Assembly: GCA_040954595.2 (NCBI GenBank)
Contig: CM082597.2
Span: 10,013,778 to 10,077,777, forward strand
Reading direction: 5' to 3'
Source of the DNA: Balanoglossus misakiensis
Taxonomy: Eukaryota; Animalia; Hemichordata
DNA length: 64,000 bases
A program made the position numbers and the translations under genes. Shown here one piece after another: positions 12,418-25,412 of the stretch; positions within the stretch are counted from its first letter, which is position 1; each line of letters opens with the position of its first letter. The notes under the pieces were generated by a model. It saw only the letters and a program-made list of their open reading frames with translations, was not told where the DNA came from and did no database searches.

Positions 12418-12636
12418 AAATCACTGGTCTGTTTACGTATGTCAGCCGATTTTCCAAGGAGTACTACCCGCTGGAAGTGACTGCCATTGATATGCTAATG
12501 AGATCTCGCACAACAGAAGTGAGTGAGGCCTGAGGGTCAAAGTCCGTGCGCTGCCGGAGTGTTAACCTACCGTGTACTCGGGTAGTACTCCTTGGAAAAT
12601 TGGCTGAATGAAATATGTAAACAAACTAGTGATTTT
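12418..12636. repeat. Inverted repeat (~55-bp arms), probable MITE remnant
   Basis: tcagccgattttccaaggagtactacccg / cgggtagtactccttggaaaattggctga. Confidence 0.65.
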
Positions 12637-12929
12637 ATGTATGTATGTATGTATGTATGTATGTATGTATGTATATAGAAAATCCACATCCAAAACTTTA
12701 AAACCTCGATATTTCATGTGCAGATGTAGTTGGCCGGGCTGTAGATTTGTTCAAATGAAGTTGTCATTGCAAAAAATATGCAAATTTATAGCTGGGAAAA
12801 ATGTGAAAATGATCAAAACTCGGCCAAAACAGCCAGCGGTGGGATTGGGGCAGGGAACCAGACTAATACGTGTTTAAATACCTCATGCACATATCTAATT
12901 CCAGGCTATACAATAGAGCAAGAGGTTTG

Positions 12930-13290
12930 GTTTTTATTAGCTCTGCTGTCACTTGTGTCAGCCGAGCTGTAGCAGTAGGTTGATAAGTGTCCGTCCGTCG
13001 TCCGTCCGTCCGTCGTCTGTCGTCCATCAACTTTTGGTATTTCAATCTTCTTCTTTAAAACTACTTGGCATATTTAGCTGAAATTTAGTAGGAATGTGTG
13101 TTATAGTGCCCTTACCTGATTTTGTTAATTTGGATTTGATGGGGTCATGAATATGCAAATTAGATCTATAAATATTAGTTTTGGTAACAATCTTCTTCTC
13201 CACAACTACATGTACAATGGAGCTGAAATTTAGTAGGAATGTGTGTTATGGTGCCCCTACCTGATTTTGTTAATTTGGATTTGATGAAAT
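12930..13290 (+). mobile_element. 5' part of HINE family N3 (same family as 39818-41955)
   Basis: TTAGCTCTGCTGTCAC start, GTCC microsatellite, 145-bp core units. Confidence 0.8.
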
Positions 13291-14955
13291 TCTGTTACAC
13301 TTTCGCGGTGTCGGACACATCAGGAAATTTCTTAACAAAGCAACATGTCAAACAGTGATTCATGCTATTTTGGCAGCGAAACTCGACTGTGGTAATGCAT
13401 TACTGTATGGCCTACCAGAAAGCAGTCTCAACCTTCTACATCGCACACAAAATACAGCTGCAAGAATCATAACTCAGTCCACGAAGTCTGCCCATATAAC
13501 GCCAGTTCTTCAACTTCTTCATTCATTGGTTACCAGTTCGCTACAGGATCGATTGCGAAATTATTCTGCTGACATATATTAAGCCCTATTACAGTGTTGC
13601 AGCCAGGAATTTTATAACAGGGGACACTCCCCCCACTATTTATTTTTGGGGACATTTTGCATATTTTGGGGACAACATAAACCATGGACATATGTCCATG
13701 CATAAACGTTACACGTACACATACATACAGAATGACATACCACATAAAATTGTATAATTTGATGTTTTTAATAAAACACTCAGACTCTTTGGTCTGTGTC
13801 ACAATGACCATAACCTGCATTTTGTACAAATTGTACAAATCACGTGTTCACAACAGTCAAGATCTGAGCACTATTGTTCTGATAATTAAATTCACTGCTG
13901 ATTACTGTTTATGCATCTTTGTTTTACTTTTCTGATTTTGATTACATTTAAGATCTTTTAAATCTGCTTCATTTCTAAATTTAGAGTTTTTACCAAAATA
14001 TCAGAAAGATGAATAATCCCCCTTTTTCTACAAATAAGGATGAAAAACAGACTTGTTATTGACAAGAATCCTGGCCTTATTCCAAATAACCTGCTCAGCT
14101 GGAGGGGTGGAGGAAAAGCTAATTTAAATTATTTCAAGTCCTTTATTATTTTAGGAGTAAATTTGAGAAAACTTGTTCCCCATTATATAAAATCCATAGG
14201 GTATTTCTAAAAGCTAGGGAATTCATTCCAATTGCAAGATCAACGGTTGTCTGGCTAGGGGTCCTAAAGCATGTAATAAGGAGTATACTCTCCACTCTGT
14301 CTTTTTGGAGTCTTATCCAAGAAATTAGCAGTTGAATCTACATTAAAAGTTCAATGGGAGGGTTTGCAACAAAACTGAGACTGTTGGTACTCATGGAAGG
14401 AGTTGGTTTCAGAAGCAATTGGAGTCACGGTAGTTCACTGCCTGCACAGCTGAGTTCGATATAAAGGCGTGATATCACAGTGTATTACTATTACAATTCC
14501 CAAGAGGGTGGCTGCGTGTATGTAAACTGTATCAAATTCAACAATAAACCAAGTTTGCTACTACTTTGCTATGAAGATGTTATCAGTATCGATTACAGGT
14601 CGTAAGGTCATAAACTGTGACAAGTGAATCTCTTTGTACGGACATGTGTGTTAGCGCCTGCTATTTTTACACTCAGAGTGTGCCCGACTGGTGGTGAACC
14701 GCAGTATGCCAGAAAGTGCGCCCGTGGCTTCAGTTTTGGGGACATTGTCGCAAGGGCGCAGTCTGGCTGCAACACTGCTATTAAAATAATCTTGCCCCGA
14801 ACTATATCTGCGATCTCGTTCGGACATATTCCTTCTCCTGGTCGCAGTCTTCGTTCAGCTAATAAGAGTCTGTTATGCACTACAATGTACAAATTATCAT
14901 CATACGGTGGCCGAGCATTCTCTCATGCTGCACCGATACTCTGGAACTCTCTGCC
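13290..14955 (+). mobile_element. L2 LINE 3' coding relic, interrupted at 13592-14777
   Basis: KLDCGNALLYGLP..LHRTQNTAARII...HITPVL..LH-WLPVRYRI, and RSLRS...GGRAFSHAAPILWNSLP after the insertion. Confidence 0.85.
13592..14777. mobile_element. TIR element with 6-bp TSD
   Basis: TIR CAGTGTTGCAGCCAG, TSD CTATTA. Confidence 0.85.
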
Positions 14956-16059
14956 ACAATTCCCCACGCTGATTCGACTCGGAACGTACCGGACTTGCGT
15001 CTAGCCTAGGCTATGACATGTACCCGACCCAGAACTTTGACTGCCACGATCGTCCATGATCGTTGCATCGACTGTCTTCTTTCCAAATTCCACCTTTCTG
15101 TTTTGAGCTTACAAAGCGATATTGTCATGGAACCATCATTTTTTAAAATTTCATTTCTATATTGTAAATGTCGGTACACGTACTTTTTCTGTTTGACAAC
15201 AAAGCTACGGCGAATCGGTGGAAATAGTTCCGGTTGATGACGTAACACAGGGGTGATCTGGATTTTTGATCTGTCCTGGTCTACGTCACACAGGTCGTGA
15301 TCTGGGCCAATTCATGTGATAAATGATTATATCATATCTGCTTGCCAATGTGTACCTGTAATTTTAATTCTGGTGTACAAATGTATACCTATTTCTTTGT
15401 AATCTCCAAATGGGACCACAGTGTCCTTGATGCTATTTTTCCGTCACTGTAGTGCTTATGATTAGACAAAGGTCTGAGAACAGTGGCATACCCAGTATCT
15501 GGTGCCTCAAGGTTTGCTTTCAGAAACAGCAACAATATTTACTAAATAGCACAGAAGACTGAATATTTTCATATACAATGTGTAAGGTGCCTATACACAT
15601 CCGCTGCCATTGCATGTTGTGTACTGCTTGCAATGCGTAGCCGTAGCCTAGCCGGGCCGAGTAGTGTTATTTTTTCATAATCACATCTCCCCTAGATGAT
15701 ATGGTATATATGTACGTTTATTTTGAAGGGAACGGGGGATCCAGAGTTGTACCGAGGCTGACCCAGCAAAGCTGTTAAGATCACAGACATGTATGATTGC
15801 AATTCAACCACTGCAATGTACAGTCTTGCAAACGTAAATGGGTTCCTCTTGTGACGTCACGGGAATGGGCGTGGCCCAAACAGAAGTTTTTTCTCAGGCC
15901 CTGAACATTTTTAAATTTAACATTTATTTATCCATATGAAATAAGTAAAAGGACACCAGCATTTAACACACAAGCCCAATTATTATTTATCCTCAAAAGT
16001 GTGTTTCGAGCCAAGATATGCTCTTTAATGTCTCCTTATTCCTTTTTGTTTGTTTGTAG

Positions 16060-16194
16060 GAAGTCCAACTTTTTAAGGCATTGGTCCTTGGAGAAGAAGA
16101 ACGTGGACAAAGTCAATATCAAGTCATGTGTTTTGTAACAAAATTTACCAAATCTGAATTCATTTCATCAGATGCCATGTCCAAATTAAGACAG
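16060..16194 (+). CDS. OAF: OAF coding exon 2
   Basis: Polypyrimidine tract and TAG acceptor. Translates EVQLFKALVLGEEERGQSQYQVMCFVTKFTKSEFISSDAMSKLRQ, the highly conserved OAF block. 135 nt, GTAAAC donor (phase 0). Confidence 0.95.
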
Positions 16195-17114
16195 GTAAAC
16201 CCATACATCATACATGTACATGTGTTAGATAAAATTTAAGGCCAAAGCTATTGACAGGGGGAGACTTTATTCTCAAATTATTGCCAATTTTTGAAAACCA
16301 AAGCAAATTTCACATAGTCCATTAAACCCTGGGGCGGAAAATCCAGGGATTCGGATTAACGTGTGTTTGTACGATAGTTTATTTGGGAGTGATTGGGATA
16401 GGTCGTCATGCATAATGACTGTGTAACTAAATGTCGGAAAAGTTGGCAGTTTATCTGCGTAATCTGTTTGACCAGGTGGGCTAATCGCACTGACTAGTCT
16501 TGGAACTTGAGCTACATGTAAGATTAGTTTTAGCAGTCGACTGTTTACATTGTAGAGATGAAGTGTGATCAGCAGTGCACAATCGACGTATTCTGGGGGT
16601 TGTCGGTAAAGTTCTCCTAAGCGATTGCAATAAACCGCAGCCGAGTTTTAGACATCGATCTGACAAGCTATAAAACCCAGTGACAGAGTCAAACTTGAAG
16701 TATTGACAGATATAATATTTTCCACACTCTCATCATTAGAGAATCGTTGTCGAATGAAATTGTAATGTCAGAATAGTAGACCATATGTGAGTCGGTGCTT
16801 GTTACTGATTTAATTACTCGATAGGGCCCCTGCACGATTGCCGATTGCACTCATACTCGTGACTGGTTTCGATACTCCCTAGTCAGGTCAACCATCATTT
16901 GCTGTAACTACAAGCCCATTTGTCCAAACTGACGTAAATCAATTTTCCATAATCGTTGCTCTTCGCGAGTCCCTTACAGTGTACGCGGTGCGAGTTTGTG
17001 CCTTGAAGTTGAACTCACGACCAGCAACATGGAATCAATGGCATGGCGTACGCTGTGGTCGCCAGTCGGACACTCTCGCAATACGTAGGGCTATCAGCAC
17101 AAATATTTCGTAGT

Positions 17115-17542
17115 GAACACCTATTGCCTGGCCATGAGGGCCATAGCGGCCGTTTATTACACCCGAGGGACTGTGAGTTACCAGAATCATATGCTAAATA
17201 GCATATGATTCTGGTAACTCACAGTCACGAGAGGGTAAAAACGGCTGCTATGGCCCGAATATAGGCCAGGCTATAGGTGTTTTATAATAAACCTCATGCT
17301 AACAGCTGGGAAAATCTTGCAATTTTCTCTTGAGGTTGGCAGACGACATCTTCAGCGGTGGCCATTGTGTCAGACGACGCGACCGTGATTGACGTGGGCG
17401 AGTCTGCGCACTCACGCTGGTCACGTGACCGGTTTATATTTTTTCTGCTATTTCCCTAGCGGTTCATAGTCGATTCTATTTTCCTATCACGTGACGGATT
17501 CTGGCGAATCACGGCACAGTATTAGCATGAGGTATATTATAA
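17115..17542 (+). mobile_element. Crypton-like hairpin element family X2, copy 1
   Basis: Near-identical to 53276-53721. Hairpin at 17115-17287; inverted pair ACCTCATGCTAA/TTAGCATGAGGT; ends in TTATAA. Confidence 0.75.
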
Positions 17543-17989
17543 AGTTAGCTATAGCGAGACTGTTCATTGTCACTTTATGTTTTTCATATATAATACTAGT
17601 ACACATGTACATGTTGAAGAAGTAGAGTGGCTATTTTTCTGTAAGTGGAGTCAAAATTTACCACAAATTGTCAAACGTGGCGACAGTCCTATTGTTTCTT
17701 TTCTTCTGTGGCTCACTTGCCAGAGGACGTTTATTCAAGTCATTTGCGACTGTCATCAAAATGTCATCGTCTCTTCATGCTGCTGGCCATGATTGCGGCA
17801 AAGCTTGGCAAAGTTCAGACAACTAAGACCTCTGAAAGCATATATACTCTTTGTTTTTAGTGTAATTGATCCCGTGTACATAGCAAATGTTTGAACACTA
17901 CACCTCTGCGCGTCTCTGAAATATAGACAGCTGTGTGAATTGCATGGCCATTGTTTCCCAGGGATGCAATCTACAGTATGTGTCCAAAA

Positions 17990-18100
17990 AAAGTACAGTA
18001 CGGTACGGATACTGTTCGGTACGGTTTGGGTACTGTTCGGTACAGTTTTGGGTACTGTACAGTATGGATTTGATGCGGTACCGTTCAGTACGGTTGGTAC
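17990..18100 (+). repeat. Degenerate ~10-bp GTACGG/GTACTG tandem repeat
   Basis: gtacggatactgttcggtacggtttgggtactgttcggtacag... Confidence 0.6.
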
Positions 18101-18227
18101 AATGACTCTCTCACAGCCCCTCTCGTCATCCATGCAGGCTTATGGACTCATTGCATGTGTGCCCGGCGAGAGGTTCGCTACACAACACCACATGAGGCTT
18201 CTCTTTTGTCGATCATCTCCCAAAGTT

Positions 18228-18822
18228 TCTTCAGTATAGGGTGGAATAGAACATTTTAATTTCATTGAGAATATCCTTGGGTTCGTTTAAGGTCAAATCA
18301 TTCCGTGTACGAAGTTGTTTTATGGAAGACTTCTTTTTGTTAGATCTTTCCAGACCCAAAAAGTACCTGTTATTCTTTTCCCCTTTTTCATACCACTGTG
18401 CTCGTGATCTAACTATTGATCCCTCTGTCTTTTAGTCATGGAACTCCACCAACTCACGTTAAAATTGTTCTAGTTCCGCATAATTTGTTTCACTGGGGTC
18501 TTGGGAGCACTTTAACTGAGCATGTTTAAGCCTATCTTCCACCTGAACAAGTTTTGTCTCCTCTCTTTTGCTTTTTTTGCTATGATTAATTCTTTGATTT
18601 TAACTTAACCCAGTCCCAAAGTTTTCGTTTGTCTTGGGTGTCCCCAAATTCTTTTACCCATGTCTTAATTTGACCTTTCAGCAACTCATTATAAACAGGG
18701 TCTTTTGCCAAGGTCAAATTAAACCTCCAGTAGGCTGGGCCTTGTTAACAAAACTTATTTTGCAGTTTCAGAAATACTGCAGAGTGGTCTGAACCCAAAC
18801 CTGGCAAAATATCTAGTTTTTT
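18228..18822 (-). mobile_element. Tx1/L1-clade LINE ORF2 relic (part 2)
   Basis: DILPGLGSDHSAV...YWRFN...WDWVK...GSIVRSRAQWYEKGEKNNRYFLGLE...FYSTLYTE. Confidence 0.85.
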
Positions 18823-19871
18823 TGTTAGGTCCCATTGGTATGTACCATGGGACCTTATGGGATCGGTTGCGTCTGTATGTATGGATGGATGGATGTATGG
18901 ATGGATGTATGTCTGTAGGTCCGTCCACATCAAAAACTTGAAAACCGCAGCGCGTATGACCTCGATATTTGGTGTGTAGATGCAGGCAGGGCTGTAGATA
19001 TGCAAATTAGCTGGGAAGATGTGAAATTGGTCAAAACTCAAAAACTCGACAACCACTGGTCATATTGATTTGAAAATTGGTATGCATGTACATTGTACCT
19101 TATGTCAACCTCATACAGTCCTGTATGTTTTGAGCTAATAATAATATTATCGATTTCCTATTTTTTATGCATTTTTTTTTTGTATTTTTCCATGTTATTG
19201 GTAAAAAGTCTTCATTTCTGAAAGTGATGGGCTTACTTTAGTATGAAGCTTCCTAATGGTTGTCTGAGTAACCATAGTTTTGTTCAAATTGTTGCAAAAT
19301 TTGCATATTTATAATTTTGAGCAATATTTGCCATTTTTGGTCAATTTTTTTTTTTCTTTAAAACCGCATGCCAGATTGCTTTGCAATTTGGTAGGCATGT
19401 TCGTAGGGGTAACCAAAGTAATATGTTGTAAAAAAAGGTGATATTTGCATACATGTGTTATCGGGGAAACTTTTGCAATTTTTGTCAAAAATTGTTTTCT
19501 CTGAAACCGCTTGTCATATTGCATTGAACTTTGGCAGGCATGTTCCTTGTAGTGATTGATGTAAGATATTGTACAATTTTGGTGATATTTGCATATTTGT
19601 GTTTGTGTCACCTTTGAACAAATATTTTCTGTAAAACTGCTGGTTGGATTGCTTTGAAATTTGTTTTTTCTCTGATAAGATTGCTTTGAAATTTAGGATG
19701 TTATTTCATAACACATAATGTATATGTGCAACTTTTATTCAATTCTGATATCAGAAATATTCAATATTTAGCGATTTTTAGGTCCCATTGGTATATACCA
19801 ATTACCATGGGACCTTATGGGATTGGTTGCGTCTGTATGTATGTATGTATGGATGGCCATTGATGGATGTA

Positions 19872-20491
19872 CCGTAGTTGCCCGGGTAAGAACCCCTGCT
19901 CGGACAAACGCCCCCCTTGGTTTTAGGGCCCATTTGTAGATCGAGGCCATATCCGGTCTAAAGCCCCCCCCCCCCCCCCCCCCCCCCCGGCCGAATATCC
20001 ATTAAATTCTTGGAAATTTAATACAGCGCAATGCAAAAAAGGCGGATTTTCATCCCCAAAGTCACTAAAAGTGAAAAAAAAAATGTATGATGATTTACTT
20101 TCGCGCTGATTATCGTACCCACCGCGGCCGACTGGCCACGCTGAGTTATATATAGCCGCTCTAGAAAACATGACCTCAGACAGGTCCCTCGGGACCGTGC
20201 CTCGAATTCAACGATCACGTAGATGGATGCGCTGCCGCGTGTGAGGTCACCGGGGAGCTTTCCAAAGCGGCCGCGTGGAGCTGCTTCAGTCCGTCCTCGA
20301 CGCGAAACACCCAACATTGGAAGATCCCGACTTGGACTCGGAGAATGAACAACTCAAAAATTTGCATAAAAGTCGAGGTGGCCATCCCTCATTTGCATAA
20401 ATCTCGAGGCCATATCCGGGCTAAAGCCCCCCCCTGTTTTTTCGCTAATCTGTTGGCCCAGCACCCGGGGCTCTTACCCGGGCAACTACGG
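19872..20491. mobile_element. Tc2/pogo-like MITE inside a HINE microsatellite
   Basis: TA-CCGTAGTTGCCCGGGTAAGA ... TCTTACCCGGGCAACTACGG-TA. Confidence 0.85.
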
Positions 20492-21831
20492 TATGTCTGT
20501 ATGTCCGTCCACATCAAAAACTTGAAAACCACTGTGTGTATCACCTTGATATTTGGTGTGCAGATGCAAGCTGGGCTGTAGATGGGAGTTTGTTCAAATG
20601 AAGTTGTCATTGCCAAAAATATGCAAATTAGCTGGAAAAATATGAATTTGGTCAAAACTCAGTAACTCAAGAACTACTGGTCAGATTGCTTTGCAAAGTG
20701 GTGTGTATTTACTTTATTGAGTTGTTTATATACACAGCAAATTCCTGAATGATTACATAACTGGCCAAGTTTTAAAGAGGCCAGCTGTTCTACTTAGTGT
20801 ATGTACAGTACATATGCCATTAGCAGCTTATGGGTCAGTCAGTGCTTGCCCATTGATCTCTCGCTATGTGTGTGTGTGTGTGTCTGTCTGTCTGTCTGTC
20901 TGTATATGGCCAAGTACTCCGGTGTAGACTTTTTCTTGTGTAATCCCTCAATGGGACCACTGTGTCCTTGACGCGATTTTTTTTGTAAGTTTCTTTGTTT
21001 TTGGTTAGCAAATCTTCTCATAAACCAATTGTCCAGTTGTTTTTAAAGTTACTATTTACAAGGAGTTGTCACCCCGAACTAAAACATGTTTACATAACTT
21101 TAATAGGCCAGCTGTTACAGAGACCACCAGCTATTAAATTTTTAATTACCAGTGGCAGGTCAGTGTGTGTGTCTGTCTGTCTGTCTGTGTGTCTGTTCCA
21201 GGGCTGACTGAAAGAAGTTGCTTCTCATATGTGTTTTTACAGACAATTTTTGGTCAATTTTTTTTCTAGCATCACTTGTAAGACTGCCATGACACATGAC
21301 AGTTTATTGGGCATGTTCCTTGTTAATTTTTTTTACATTCCATATTTCTACATGGTAAGATCATATCTGCTTGCAATGTCACCTGTAATTTTTATTCTAG
21401 AGTGTCACTGTTTCCACATAATCCTCAAATGGGACCACAGTGTCCTTGACGCTATTTTTAGGTCCCATTGGTATAGGCATATATACCATGGGACCTTATG
21501 GGATCGGTTGCGTCTGTATGTATGGATGTATGGATGGATGTATGTCTGTATGTCTGTCCACATCAAAAACTTGAAAACCGCTGAGCGTATCACCTCAATA
21601 TTTGGTGTGTAGGTGCAGGCTGGGCTGTAGATGGGAGTTTGTCCAAACGAAGTTGCCAGGTCCAAAAATATGCAAATTAGCTGGAAAAATGTGAAATTTA
21701 TCAAAACTCTGAAAGTCAACAACTACTCGTCAGATTGCTTTAAAAATTGGTATGCATGTACCATATGTCAACCTCACATTGACCTGTAAGTGTTAAGTTA
21801 ATATCATCGATGTTTTATTTTTTATGAATTT

Positions 21832-23101
21832 TTGGGGGCACAAGCGCCCTCAGGCGGCTTGTGCCCCCATTGTTATTGTTGGAATTTTTCTTTATTATTA
21901 TTATTATTCTTCTTCTTCTTCTTCTTCCGAGAAATTCGGCCAGGTAGATCTGGAAAACCGCAGCACCTAGGGGGCTGAAACTTGGTAGGGTGATAGGGGC
22001 CAATGAGTAGACGTGCAGTGGCCCGTGAATATTTAATTAGTCATGTGACCTGGCAGCCATATTGGATTTCCTGAAAACCGTTAAATGAGTCCTTCTCAAA
22101 AACTACAAGGCCGATCGAGTTCAAATTTGGTTTGCAGGTAGCCTACCTTCTGTCCATCATTTTACCCCATTGAAATCATGACGTCACACATAAAGTTTTT
22201 TGGCTACAATTGTTTTTCTTAAAAAATACTTAAAACTTTAAAAATCTTCTTCTCCAGAACCAGCGGTTACCGATTCTCGGGATTTGGGATATGTGGTCAC
22301 CTAACCTATGTCTATCAAGTTTGCGAAGCGCACTGTGATTGGTCGATCATTATGGCGGCCATGTTGGATTTTCGGAAAACCATTGAAAAGTGATAATTCC
22401 GTTTTGTAGCCAAAATGTTGACAGCACGGAAATTCTTTTTTTGGATATGAGTCATCATATGACCGGAAGTTGTCACAATTTTTCGTGGCAATTTTCACAT
22501 GACCTTTGACCCAGTTTTAAAAGAACTAATTATATATGCATATTCCCCATACCTCCTCTTGTAAAAGCACCACATTCATGAATTTTGTGGACATGGGTAC
22601 CAATGCTGCCAGGACATGACACAAATATTTTGGTAATTTTGGCAATGACCTTTGACCTATTTCTGCATATCTAATTCCATGCTACCCAATAGGGCTAGAG
22701 GTCTGGTATTGGTTGGACATGGCCCAGTCTGGGGTCAAAATTTTATGCCCTAATTTTGGGTGACCTTGGGTGACCTTTGATCTACTTTCCCATATCTCAG
22801 CATCCAGAGCAGTTAGAGCCCTGGCTGTTATGGGTATTGAGCACATAATGGAGTCTTACACAAGACCTCATTAATTATGTGCATACCTAATTGCAGGCGA
22901 ACCAATAGGGCTAGGGGTCTGGTTTTTTGTTGGATCTAGACTAGTATGGGGTCCAATTTTTTTGCCCAAATTTGGGGTGACCTCAGGTGACCTTTGACCT
23001 ACTTTCCCATGTCTCGGTATCCCCAGCAGATACAGCCGTGGAATTTGCTGGTCACCATGGGAACCGCTTGTGCCCCCACAACGCTGCTTGCAGCTTTAAT
23101 T
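21832..23101 (+). mobile_element. HINE family N1 inserted in an N2 copy
   Basis: 5' GGGGGCACAAGC..GCTTGTGCCCCC palindrome, (ATT)n(CTT)n, 3' GCTTGTGCCCCC plus GCTGCTTGCAGC hairpin. The host T-run is intact in the copy at 32841. Confidence 0.8.
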
Positions 23102-23290
23102 TAGTCTTTTTATTAAATCTATACCTTTACTTATACATGTACCTCTATGGTTAAGCTATGTCCACGTCTTATTGTGGAATTCTGGTCTGTGCAATAGTCC
23201 TGTACAGTGACTGTCTATTGGTCAGTGAGCACAATGGGGCCAAAATAAAAGGCAAAATTTTAGGCTCACCTGTAACACCTTATTAACACA

Positions 23291-24400
23291 TTAATTATGT
23301 GCATACCTAATTCCGGGCTAACTAATAGGGCTAGAGGTTTCGTTCTTGTGGGACATGGACCAGTATAGGGTCAAAATTTCTTGCCCAAATTTTGGGTGGC
23401 CTCAGGTGACATTTGACCTACTTTCCTATATCTCGGCATCCAGAGCAGGTACAGACTTGGCGTTTGGAGGGTTGAGACTAAAATTGAAAAGCCAAAGTAT
23501 TGGTAACCTGTGACACCTGCATATCTCATTTATTATGTGCATACCTAATTCCAGGCTAACCAATAGGGCTATAGGTTTGGTTTTTGTTGAACATGGACCA
23601 GTATAGGGTCAAAATTTCTTGCCCAAATTTTGCATGACCTCAGGTGACCTTTGACCTTCTTTTCCATATCTTGGCATCCAGAGCAGGTACAGACCTGGCG
23701 TTTGGAGGGTTGGGACTAAAATTGAAAAGCCAAAATATTGGTAACCTGTGACACCTGCATATCTCATTTATTATGTGCATACCTAATTCCAGGCTAACCA
23801 ATAGGGCTATAGGTTTGGTTTTTGTTGAACCTGGACCAGTATAGGGTCAAAATTTCTTGCCCAAATTTTGCATGACCTCAGGTGACCTTTGACCTACTTT
23901 ATCATATCTTGGCATCCAGAGCAGGTACAGACTTGGCGTTTGGAGGGTTGGGACTAAAATTGAAAAGCCAAAATTGGGGGTCACCTGTGACACCTGCATA
24001 TCTCATTAATTATGTGCATACCTAATTCCAGGCTAACCAATAGGGCTATAGGTTTGGTTTTTGTTGAACCTGGACCAGTATAGGGTCAAAATTTCTTGCC
24101 CAAATTTTGCATGACCTCAGGTGACCTTTGACCTACCTTATCATATCTTGGCATCCAGAGCAGGTACAGACTTGGCGTTTGGAGGGTTGGGACTAAAATT
24201 GAAAAGCCAAAATTTGGGGTCACCTGTGACACCTGCATATATCATTAATTATGTGCATACCTAATTCCAGGCTAACCAATAGGGCTATAGGTTTGGTTTT
24301 TGTTGAACATGGACCAGTATAGGGTCAAAATTTCTTGCCCAAATTTTGCATAACCTCTGGTGACCTTTGACCTACTTTTCCATTTCTTGGCATCCAGAGC
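23291..24400 (+). repeat. ~239-bp tandem array (about 4.6 units) inside HINE N2
   Basis: Unit starts at about 23291, 23530, 23768, 24006 and 24246. Confidence 0.95.
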
Positions 24401-24558
24401 AGATATGCTTATTGCTATGTTGCTATGTGCTATGTTGGCTTGGGCCCGATATTGCTGCTTGCAGATCTGCTTGCAATGTCACCTGTAATTTTTATTCTGG
24501 TGTGTCACTGTTTCCGCATAATCCTCAAATGGGACCACAGTGTCCTTGACGCTATTTT

Positions 24559-24890
24559 TATATTTTGTAACTCATCTGAGATGATGAAAAAATCTAACGT
24601 ACTTTGTTGAATAACGGGACGTCGCCTCCGCCAAGTATACTGCCTTTTGTTTTCATTCCTAATACGCCAAATGTCCACTAAACTGAATCGCTCCTGTATT
24701 TCATCAAAAGTATCCAGTGATTTTTTCCAAGTCCTGGAGTTTTTGTACGATCTGTCTAGGCTGTTGTTTAGTGAAAGTTAAAATCTCCCACCTGAACAGT
24801 CAGGGTCTGGAATTTGATCTGTGAGCGTGAGTCTGTTACCTATGTTCTTGAGATAAGGATGATGCTCCATTTCAATGTTAGGGGCATAAG
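24559..24890 (-). mobile_element. Tx1/L1-clade LINE endonuclease relic (part 1)
   Basis: LVDIWRIRNENKRQYTWRR...STLDFFIISDELQNI, which joins directly to KKLDILPGLGSDHS at 18822. Confidence 0.85.
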
Positions 24891-24933
24891 TGTTAAAGGG
24901 GAAGTCCGGCGTAGCTGATTTCTACATAATTTG

Positions 24934-25303
24934 GTAGCTTTGATGTCACTCTTTCAGAAAAAAACATATTCGCCATGTATAGGTCGCGCGCTATTTTTTA
25001 CAAAATCTAGGGAAAGTTGGCAGAATTTCCAATATGGCATTTACTGTAATTTGAATCATGGGAAAAAAGCGCCAGGACCAACTTCCGCCCACCTTAGTGT
25101 GGGTGACACCAATCGGAGAATGGTATCACCCATACCATGGTGGGCGGAAGTTGGTCCTGGCGCTTTTTTTCCCATGATTCAAATTACCGTAAACGCCATA
25201 TTGGAAATTCTGCCAACTTTCCCTAGATTTTGTAAAAAATCGCACGACCTATACATGGCGAATATGTTTTTTTCTGAAAGAGTGACATCAAATTCAAAGC
25301 TAC
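24934..25303. repeat. ~370-bp near-perfect palindrome, preceded by a Kolobok-like end TTAA-AGGGGAAGT at 24893
   Basis: Arms pair throughout; loop at about 25110-25120. Confidence 0.9.
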
Positions 25304-25322
25304 TTGACCATTAACGTTTGTT

Positions 25323-25412
25323 TATGGGCGAGGGTGTGGGGAAAGCCAAAAATTTATGGGCGAGGCTTCCGAGCCCATGAATTTTTGGCTTTCCCCTCGC
25401 CCTCGCCCATAT
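25323..25412 (+). repeat. Hairpin with CGAG/CGAG (Crypton-like terminal hairpin, family X3)
   Basis: atgggcgaggg...atggg-CGAG-gcttc-CGAG-cccat...ccctcgcccat. Confidence 0.6.

Larger units (their letters stand above)
18823..24558 (+). mobile_element. Cluster of nested and tandem Helentron-type HINEs (family N2: 18823-21457 containing 19776-20978, then 21455-24558)
   Basis: 5' TTAGGTCCCATTGG...CCATGGGACC, (GTAT/GGAT)n microsatellite, 3' AAATGGGACC plus GTGTC-CTT-GACGC hairpin plus T-run. No TSD; inserted in T-runs. Confidence 0.75.

Noticed and set aside
14054-14622. Possible solo LTR (TG...CA, TATAAAA, AATAAA)
   Set aside because: No TSD and no second copy visible.
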